NCBI GenBank assembly: GCA_963701015.1
Contig: OY969556.1
Coordinates: 3,500,424 to 3,564,423, forward strand
Length of the DNA: 64,000 nt
Direction of reading: 5' to 3'
DNA from: an uncultured Bacteroidota bacterium
GTDB lineage: Bacteria; Bacteroidota; Bacteroidia; Bacteroidales; DTGW01
How positions within the stretch are numbered: the first letter of the stretch is position 1; every line of letters begins with the position of its first letter. The position numbers were made by a program, and so were the translations under genes. A model generated the notes under the pieces. The model was not told the DNA's origin and did not search any database. It saw nothing but the letters and a program-made list of their open reading frames with translations. Below are positions 34,323 to 41,186 of this stretch, one piece after another.

Positions 34323-35327
34323 CTATTTTAGAAACATGTTCTTAATGCCATCGGTAGTATAAGTGCAGAATTCCCCCTTATCATTGCTATAAATCAAAAA
34401 TGCATCCAATTCCTTATGTTGCGCTAAATACACTTTACAATTTTCTAATCCCATAACCAAACAAGCTGTTGCATTGGCATCGGCCAAAGCACATTCTTTA
34501 GAAAATAGTGAAGCGCTTAATAAGCAATTTTGCGTAGGATAACCTGTATGCGGATCAATATGATGTGCGTATTTTTTCCCATTCAAAATATAATATTTAC
34601 GATAATTACCCGATGTTGATACAGATAAATTTTTTAGTGTTACAATTGCCTGAATTGGTTCTTCCGGTCCGTTGCTGCCGTCTATCGGTTTATCTATACC
34701 AACCCGCCAATATTCACCTTTAGCATTTGTGCCTTTTGCACGCACTTCACCGCCAATTTCTACAATATAATTCTTAATACCTTTCGATTCAATAAATTCA
34801 CTCACTACATCTACCGAAAACCCTTGAGCAATGGCATTTACATCAATATCAACCTGGGGATATTTTTTTATTATTTTATTCCCCACGAGCTGAACCTTAT
34901 CCATGCCAACATACTTCAGTAATGAATCGACCTGTGATTTACGTGCAGTTTTATGGCCTTTAGGACCAAAACCCCAGGCATCAACCAATGGCCCAACTGT
35001 AATATCAAATGCTCCACCCGAAGCTTTGTTCACCGAAGCAGCTTTTTCAAAAACCCTTCGGAACAAATCATCAATTCTAACGCTTGTATCGTTAGCATTA
35101 ATTCGTGAAATAATAGACTGCGGAATATAAGCTGATAAGGAAAGGTCAATTGCCTTCAAAACCGAATCAATGGGTTTTGATAAATCGTCATTTATTGAAT
35201 TTTCGTAAGTTATATGGTAAGTGCTACCCTGTGCATAACCACTTATTTTTTTATAAACTGGCTTAGGATGGTTGCAACTTACTAGTAATATTGAACTTAT
35301 TAAATATATAAAAATTCTGCGTGCCAT
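34323..35327 (-). CDS. apbE: FAD:protein FMN transferase (ApbE family) lipoprotein
   Basis: 334 aa with lipoprotein signal (LLVSCN). GGAFDITVGPLVDAWGFG, AIAQGFSVD and SVSTSGNYRKY blocks. Confidence 0.85.
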   Translation of the reverse strand: MARRIFIYLISSILLVSCNHPKPVYKKISGYAQGSTYHITYENSINDDLSKPIDSVLKAIDLSLSAYIPQSIISRINANDTSVRIDDLFRRVFEKAASVNKASGGAFDITVGPLVDAWGFGPKGHKTARKSQVDSLLKYVGMDKVQLVGNKIIKKYPQVDIDVNAIAQGFSVDVVSEFIESKGIKNYIVEIGGEVRAKGTNAKGEYWRVGIDKPIDGSNGPEEPIQAIVTLKNLSVSTSGNYRKYYILNGKKYAHHIDPHTGYPTQNCLLSASLFSKECALADANATACLVMGLENCKVYLAQHKELDAFLIYSNDKGEFCTYTTDGIKNMFLK

Positions 35328-35339
35328 TATTACAAATAA

Positions 35340-36341
35340 TTATGGCAGATAATGTGTTACACCCATTCCGGTAGCAAACCAAAAGCGTTTCCATTTATCA
35401 AAAACTACAGCATTTACAGTATTAAATGCTAATCCGTCGGATTTGGTATAAACAGTCCAATTTGGTTCCAAAAATATCCATAACCCAAGTCCATTAGTAC
35501 CTACCCATTTTTTATTGTACTTATCTACTACTATTGAACTAAAATAGTTATTTGATCGGGCATTTATAGTTGCATAATTCGTCCAGGTGGAGACTCCTCC
35601 GCTTAAGTTTAATTCAGATAAACCGGTTGCAGTTCCAAACCAAATATTATCATATAAATCAAAAGCAACGGAATAAACCGAATTATTCATAATTTTTGAA
35701 TTGGCTGTATCATATTTCACCCATGTTGAGCCATCAAATTTTGAAACTCCGGCTTGTGTTCCTATCCATTTATCATTGTATTTATCAACATAAATAGTAT
35801 AGATATAATTACTAGCCAGACCGTCATTGGTATTAACAGTATTATAAGTTATCCAGTTTGTACCATCAAATTTCGACAACCCATTTACTGTACCAACCCA
35901 TAAAACATTTGAAGAATCAGTGGCAAGCGCTGTAATAGTATTATTAACCAAACCATTATCGGTATTATAAACTGTCCAGTTTGAACCATCGAACTTTGAA
36001 ATTCCATTTCGTGTACCAAACCATTTATTGCCCTGGGCATCAATTGTAATAGCATTAACACAAACGTTAACAAGTTCCTTCACATAACTTCGCCATCTTA
36101 CTGTTTGCTTCAAAATGCTATCGTAATAAGGAATACTGTCGTAGTACGAAACTCCATTACTGGTGCCAAACCAAACATTATTATTCTTATCAACAGCAAT
36201 TGCATTAACCGAATTACAAATTAATGAATCTTTGGTGGTGTATGTTATCCAAGTTCCAGTATAAGTGCTGGCCTCTTTTGCACATGACAAAAATGAAACT
36301 ATCGCGATTACAATAAATCCAAGTTTATAAAACCTATTCAT
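35340..36341 (-). CDS. two-component-regulator propeller (Reg_prop) repeat protein
   Basis: 333 aa with signal/lipobox (FLSCAK). About seven repeats of N-x-WFGT-x-xG-[VL]-SK[FY]DG. Confidence 0.7.
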   Translation of the reverse strand: MNRFYKLGFIVIAIVSFLSCAKEASTYTGTWITYTTKDSLICNSVNAIAVDKNNNVWFGTSNGVSYYDSIPYYDSILKQTVRWRSYVKELVNVCVNAITIDAQGNKWFGTRNGISKFDGSNWTVYNTDNGLVNNTITALATDSSNVLWVGTVNGLSKFDGTNWITYNTVNTNDGLASNYIYTIYVDKYNDKWIGTQAGVSKFDGSTWVKYDTANSKIMNNSVYSVAFDLYDNIWFGTATGLSELNLSGGVSTWTNYATINARSNNYFSSIVVDKYNKKWVGTNGLGLWIFLEPNWTVYTKSDGLAFNTVNAVVFDKWKRFWFATGMGVTHYLP

Positions 36342-36430
36342 AAATCAATTTAAAATTTTAAATAAAAAAGCAATATTATCTAATTTAACTGTAATTCAGT
36401 GTTATTATTGCTTAATAATTTCGTGATAAT

Positions 36431-36462
36431 GAAAAATGGCCATCGAAATTACGAAAGCCATT
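36431..36462 (-). terminator. hairpin plus T-run downstream (minus strand) of the orphan tRNA-Ala 3' fragment; presumed original tRNA terminator
   Basis: aatggc (36435-36440) pairs with gccatt (36457-36462). The complement of gaaaa gives a T-run on the minus strand. Confidence 0.4.
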
Positions 36463-36470
36463 CATTTGCG

Positions 36471-36515
36471 TGGAGAATATCGGAGTCGAACCGATGACCT
36501 TTTGCATGCCATGCA
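36471..36515 (-). repeat. attL: orphan 45-nt 3' fragment of tRNA-Ala(GGC), direct repeat of 55277-55321
   Basis: 45/45 identity with the 3' part of the intact tRNA at 55277-55350. The sequences diverge at 36516 versus 55322, so there is no 5' half here. Confidence 0.9.
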
Positions 36516-36632
36516 TAAAAACTCCATTTTTCTCTATTTTCTTATTTTAAAATTTACTTCTAAATACATGAAAAACAGCACTTTTACTACAAAATAACTT
36601 TACTTTTCTTTCGTATATTTCCTTATATTTAC

Positions 36633-36640
36633 TATATTTG
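36633..36640 (+). promoter_or_regulatory. candidate -7 promoter box (TAnnTTTG) for the integrase operon
   Basis: tatatttg lies 40 nt upstream of the ATG at 36680 and overlaps the 17-bp subterminal repeat. Confidence 0.4.
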
Positions 36641-36654
36641 TGTGCAAATCGTGT
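36638..36654 (+). repeat. 17-bp subterminal direct repeat, copy 1 (ttgtgtgcaaatcgtgt)
   Basis: Identical 17-mer at 55206-55222 in the same orientation. Both copies lie just inside the att repeats. Confidence 0.8.
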
Positions 36655-36679
36655 CTCCAAAAACAAACTTGCACACCCT

Positions 36680-37927
36680 ATGAAAATATACTCAAATTCT
36701 GGTGTTACAGGTACATTGTACCTAGATATCCGCAGAGCAAAAAAGGACAATGTGTATCCTGTTAAGTATAAAGTTACCTTTCAAAGAGCTCGTGTTTATT
36801 ATTCAACTGGTATTAATCTTTCAGTTGAAGACTTTGCAAATATAGAGAAGTCGAAGAAAAAATCAACTATAAAAACATTCGAACAACTTCTATCATTCAA
36901 AGATAGAATTGAAGAACATTTGGACGCATTAATCAAGGTCGGTGCTTTTACTTTTGAAGACCTTAACAAGCGTTTAGGGCGGGGCGCTGATAATAATATC
37001 TTAACTTTTTTTAACAACAAAGTGCAGAATTTGATTGATTCCGGGCAGATTGGCACATCAGTTTGGTACAAATACTCTGCAAACAGTATTAAGTTATACA
37101 CCAGCAATCCTTTAAAGTTCTCTGATATTACAGTTGACTGGCTAAAAAAGTTTGAAAGCTGGTTATTATTGGAAGATGAAAAGCAAGAAAAAAAGGCCAA
37201 AAGTTATACAACTATTTCAATGTACATGCGTGCATTGCAGTCTATTGTTAACATTGGTAAAGAGCAAGGGTACATTACAGAGGCTCAATATCCTTTTGGC
37301 AAAGGCAAATATGAAATTCCTACAGGTGAAGGCCGTAATTTAGCTTTAACACTTTCTCAAATAGGTCAGTTAATGCGCTATGAAGTTAAAACCGAGAACG
37401 AAGCACGTTGCCGTGATTTATGGTTTTTCTCCTATTTATGCAATGGTATTAATATGGTGAGCCTTTTAAAATTGAAATTTTCCGATATTTCAAACGGTGA
37501 AATTTCTTTCTATCGTCAAAAAACCATTCGCAAAACAAAGAACAAAAAGAAAATTTCAGCCCCTTTATTGCCACAAATGGAGCAAATAATAATAAAATGG
37601 GGCAATCAAAACAACTCATCAAATAATTTCATTTTCCCATTTTTAAAAGATGGTTTAAGCCCAATTGATGAAAAACGTATTGTACAAAATGTTACTCATT
37701 TGGTAAATGACAAAATGCAATTGATAGCTAAAAATTTAAACCTTCCTAAAATTTCAACTTACACAGCCCGCCATAGTTTTGCCACAGTATTAAAGCGAAG
37801 CGGGGCAAATATTGCATTTATTTCTGAAAGTTTAGGACACACAAACCTTGATACTACGGAAAATTATTTAGCTTCGTTTGAGCAAGATGAAAGGCTTAAA
37901 AATGCAACCCTGTTAACTAACTTTTAA
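36680..37927 (+). CDS. tyrosine-type site-specific integrase (Bacteroidota phage-integrase family)
   Basis: C-terminal catalytic blocks YTARHSFATVLKRSG (R-H-x-x-R region) and SLGHTNLDTTENYL (His...Tyr nucleophile). The ORF track starts at TTG 36638, but ATG 36680 (MKIYSN...) is the more likely start. Confidence 0.9.
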   Translation: MKIYSNSGVTGTLYLDIRRAKKDNVYPVKYKVTFQRARVYYSTGINLSVEDFANIEKSKKKSTIKTFEQLLSFKDRIEEHLDALIKVGAFTFEDLNKRLGRGADNNILTFFNNKVQNLIDSGQIGTSVWYKYSANSIKLYTSNPLKFSDITVDWLKKFESWLLLEDEKQEKKAKSYTTISMYMRALQSIVNIGKEQGYITEAQYPFGKGKYEIPTGEGRNLALTLSQIGQLMRYEVKTENEARCRDLWFFSYLCNGINMVSLLKLKFSDISNGEISFYRQKTIRKTKNKKKISAPLLPQMEQIIIKWGNQNNSSNNFIFPFLKDGLSPIDEKRIVQNVTHLVNDKMQLIAKNLNLPKISTYTARHSFATVLKRSGANIAFISESLGHTNLDTTENYLASFEQDERLKNATLLTNF

Positions 37928-37935
37928 TTATACCC

Positions 37936-39429
37936 ATGCATTTATTCAATACTTTAATTGATAAGAAAGAAAGTCATGTTTTAGACTTATGGGCAGATTT
38001 TGTTTTGTTATTCAATTTCAATGAAGAAACGGCAGAAATTGATAAACTAACCAATGATTTTATACTGAAATTTAAAACCGAAATTCAGGAAAATATCAGC
38101 CAACTTAGTGAAAATCAACAGTATCTTTATTTAGACCAATTAAAAACAGTGTTTAATAAAGAACTCCCCGGCCTTAACAACTATTTACATGAACGCTGTG
38201 TTAAAAGTATTGTAGAAAAAGAATTTCCAACTGGTAATGAGTTCGAAGAAGAAGTTTTTAAAAGTAAAGTTTCCAGTTTTAATGCTAAATACAAATATGT
38301 AAAAGCCGACTTTTCAACCCTCACAATTAATACAAATGAATTATTCCCGTATGTTAAGTATTGGCAAAAAGTAAAAACCGACATTCTTGACTTTGTAACT
38401 TTTGCTTTAAATTCTGTTACTGCAAAAAATTCCAATATAATTTCACAACCTAAGCTGACAGGTTTTAAAAAGTTTTTGTTACCGAACCAAATTGAAAGCC
38501 TGTACAATCAATTTAATATAAACCCTTACAGGGCAGTTCTGGTTACACTCGATATTTTGTTGACTGAGATAGAAGAAATAACAGCAACCAAACAACTTAT
38601 AACTTATATCGGTAATATTCTAAACCCAACCAGCAACCTAAATACATTAGGAAAACTTGTATCTAAAATTGATATTACCGACCCGGAAACCCAAATATTT
38701 TTTAATGTTATCCGTGATGCAGTTAATAATTATACTGCCTTTAATTTCCTGATGGACGATTATACAGAAATTAGGGAGTTTTTTGAAGGAGCTTACGCAC
38801 CAGTAAGAACTTTATTGTTGGATGCAGTAAAGAAAAAGATAATTACTTTAGATGAAATGCGTAAAATAAAATTGTATTCTAATAGTAATTTGATAGACCT
38901 TGACAGGATTGCAGACAAAGACCCTGAATTATTAGAACATTTAAAAGAACACGTACAACTTTTATACAGGAATATAATTTTAGACACCTGTATATTTCCT
39001 TTAGACCCGCTTTTAAACGGCAATATCAAATATGAAAAGTTTAAAAGCCCCTCTCTGTTCCCAGGCAAAGAACGTTCTCTACTAACCATTAAAGAAAATA
39101 TTTTCGGTAAAAGCACCAAAAAGCAGGAATCAGACGAAGTTTGGTTAAGCCGCTTTATTAAGAATGATTCTAAACTTGAACCTATTTTTCCAAATAGCAA
39201 AGGCGCAGGTCGCAAAGGTGATGAATTTACAGAGGCCAAAATATGGCAGGCTGCATTATTTGATATTATAAAAGATAAACTCAAAGAGTCCGGCTGTATT
39301 GGTACTGCAAGTAGATTATATTTCCAAACAAAGTGGGGTTTGGATAAACACGATACTTTTATAACCAATCGTTCCAAAAAAGAATCTTTTGCTAAAGCAA
39401 AAATTCAATTTCTTTCACTTCTAAATTAA
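37936..39429 (+). CDS. hypothetical protein, 497 aa, no recognisable domain
   Basis: Long uninterrupted ORF starting 8 nt after the integrase stop on the same strand. No motif I can assign. Confidence 0.5.
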   Translation: MHLFNTLIDKKESHVLDLWADFVLLFNFNEETAEIDKLTNDFILKFKTEIQENISQLSENQQYLYLDQLKTVFNKELPGLNNYLHERCVKSIVEKEFPTGNEFEEEVFKSKVSSFNAKYKYVKADFSTLTINTNELFPYVKYWQKVKTDILDFVTFALNSVTAKNSNIISQPKLTGFKKFLLPNQIESLYNQFNINPYRAVLVTLDILLTEIEEITATKQLITYIGNILNPTSNLNTLGKLVSKIDITDPETQIFFNVIRDAVNNYTAFNFLMDDYTEIREFFEGAYAPVRTLLLDAVKKKIITLDEMRKIKLYSNSNLIDLDRIADKDPELLEHLKEHVQLLYRNIILDTCIFPLDPLLNGNIKYEKFKSPSLFPGKERSLLTIKENIFGKSTKKQESDEVWLSRFIKNDSKLEPIFPNSKGAGRKGDEFTEAKIWQAALFDIIKDKLKESGCIGTASRLYFQTKWGLDKHDTFITNRSKKESFAKAKIQFLSLLN

Positions 39430-39600
39430 AAAACGACAGAATATAAAATAGGTTCCCTAATTTCTCTAAAAAAAACCTATTTTGTCAATTTTTAAATATC
39501 TGATATTTAATATTATATATACTTTATTTTCTTTATAGGTTTTTTGGAATCCCTATTTTTCAGGTATTTACTTGCATCCATAATTTATAAATAAAAAATT

Positions 39601-39963
39601 ATGGACTTAATCATTACCACGCCTGAAATATTGGCGCAAAATATCGAAAGTGCAGTTTTTAACGCCCTTTCTCGTTTCGAGAAAGCACCAGCCCAACAAA
39701 TCGAGCAACCCGACCGCATTAATATTGAAGAAGTAGCCACAATAACAGGCCTCAAAAAATCAAATATCTATAAACACACCTGTTATAAAACCATTCCGTT
39801 TGAAAAGTTTGCCAAACGCCTTGTTTTTAGTCGCAAAACAATATTAGCCTGGATGCAATCCAATACTATAGCTCCGGTTAATACCTCAATTGAAATGTCT
39901 GCCAGATTAACCAAAGAGGCAAATAAGAAACTTCATAAAAGCTATAAAACATCTAATAAATAA
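39601..39963 (+). CDS. helix-turn-helix (excisionase/AlpA-like, HTH_17-type) DNA-binding protein
   Basis: 120 aa. INIEEVATITGLKKSNIYKHTCYKTIPFEKFAKRLVFSRKTILAWM matches the MerR-superfamily excisionase-type HTH common in Bacteroidota mobile elements. Confidence 0.55.
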   Translation: MDLIITTPEILAQNIESAVFNALSRFEKAPAQQIEQPDRINIEEVATITGLKKSNIYKHTCYKTIPFEKFAKRLVFSRKTILAWMQSNTIAPVNTSIEMSARLTKEANKKLHKSYKTSNK

Positions 39964-39972
39964 TAGTTCACA

Positions 39973-40254
39973 ATGGAAGAAATTAAAGAAACACTTATTT
40001 CTATATCCGAAGGAATAAAGGAAATTAAAGCCCAGCTTAACACATTGGTTCAAACACAACCTGTAAACACTCCTATTAAATGGCTCGATTCTCAGGACGT
40101 TATATTGATGCTTCATATAAGTAAAAGGAAACTTCAATACCTGCGGAATAAAAACACACTTCCCTATTCTCGAATAAATAACAAGTTTTATTATAAAGCC
40201 TCTGATATTGATGAATTTCTAATAGGAAAATACAACGGGGTTACCAATCATTAA
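39973..40254 (+). CDS. helix-turn-helix (excisionase-family, HTH_17-type) DNA-binding protein
   Basis: 93 aa. WLDSQDVILMLHISKRKLQYLRNKNTLPYSRINNKFYYKASDIDEFL shows the same HTH pattern. Confidence 0.6.
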   Translation: MEEIKETLISISEGIKEIKAQLNTLVQTQPVNTPIKWLDSQDVILMLHISKRKLQYLRNKNTLPYSRINNKFYYKASDIDEFLIGKYNGVTNH

Positions 40255-40261
40255 TATTTAC

Positions 40262-41023
40262 ATGTTGATGGATTATATGAATATCCCGGTCGCATTCTGC
40301 GTTTATATGCTCAAAACGCAAAAGGTTAAGCAATTTCGCTTGTTTATATACCTGAAAACCATTTGCAGTGGCCATTTTAAACTATCAGATAGCCTAATTA
40401 AAAAGACTTGTTCTGAATTAGGTTATAAGTCCGAAAAGACATTTTTCGTTCATTTAAAATATTTGGTGCAAAAGAAATGGATAACAGTCAATAGTAAATC
40501 CGGCAATTACAGGCTTATTGGGTATAAACAGGTAGCAAACAGATTAAAAGTACCAACATCAAAAGGAGGTATCTTTTACCCTGAATATTCTAAATGTTTT
40601 ACAGGTTATATAGCAGCGGTTGTAATAACATTTTATATAAAATATAGAAGCCATAATGAGAGGCGGTCGGCATTGAAAAAGTGGAGTGCCAGGAAGAGCC
40701 GCCTCTCGGCTTCTTTTATTTTGCCTCATACTTACTTAGCAAAGGTACTTAAAGTTTCTAAAACTACTGCACAACGATATAGGCAATGTGCGATTGATAC
40801 TGGTTTAATTATAGCAACAAAGTCATATTTTAAAACTTATATACCCATAACCGAAATCCATAATTATAAAAAATACTCAGGTGTTGACCCAAATACAGTT
40901 CGTAAAATAAAAAAGACCATTTACGTTCAACAGGCTGACAAGCTGAAATCCTTGATAACATTAAGAAAGAAAAGAAATATTAGGTTTGTCTCAAAGAAGT
41001 TCGGAAAAAAGTGGTACCGATAA
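40262..41023 (+). CDS. hypothetical basic protein, possible winged-helix DNA-binding / initiator-like
   Basis: 253 aa, Lys/Arg-rich, with two HTH-like segments (SDSLIKKTCSELGYKSEKTFFVHLKYLVQKKWI; HTYLAKVLKVSKTTAQRYRQCAIDTGLI). Third gene of the 39601-41023 operon. Confidence 0.4.
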   Translation: MLMDYMNIPVAFCVYMLKTQKVKQFRLFIYLKTICSGHFKLSDSLIKKTCSELGYKSEKTFFVHLKYLVQKKWITVNSKSGNYRLIGYKQVANRLKVPTSKGGIFYPEYSKCFTGYIAAVVITFYIKYRSHNERRSALKKWSARKSRLSASFILPHTYLAKVLKVSKTTAQRYRQCAIDTGLIIATKSYFKTYIPITEIHNYKKYSGVDPNTVRKIKKTIYVQQADKLKSLITLRKKRNIRFVSKKFGKKWYR

Positions 41024-41087
41024 TAAGTGGATACATAAGGAGAACTATTTTTATTTCTATTTGACTTCAAAAATTAGAATCAATTCT

Positions 41088-41095
41088 TAAATTTG
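41088..41095 (+). promoter_or_regulatory. candidate -7 promoter box (TAnnTTTG) for the type I R-M operon
   Basis: taaatttg lies 92 nt upstream of the hsdR ATG. Confidence 0.3.
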
Positions 41096-41186
41096 ATGTT
41101 TGCTCAAAAAAGTCGTTCAAGTCCTTATTTTTAATAAAATTAGCACTTAAAACTATTATATAATCTAAATATATTAAGATTTCATA

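Noticed and set aside
36471-36515. Possibility that the left tRNA-like sequence is a second functional tRNA gene.
   Set aside because: Only the 3' 45 nt are present. Sequence beyond 36515 (taaaaactcc...) cannot form the acceptor 5' strand or the D arm.
36547-36750. 67-aa minus-strand ORF spanning the attL-proximal non-coding region and the integrase start.
   Set aside because: It overlaps the integrase promoter and 5' end, and there is no support beyond being open.
36799-39377. Antisense ORFs inside the integrase and the 497-aa orphan (36799-37200, 38181-38507, 38793-39377).
   Set aside because: Each is fully contained in a longer sense ORF. The 194-aa one is Ser/Leu-rich and low-complexity. 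It is not independently supported, although the sense gene itself is an orphan, so some uncertainty remains.
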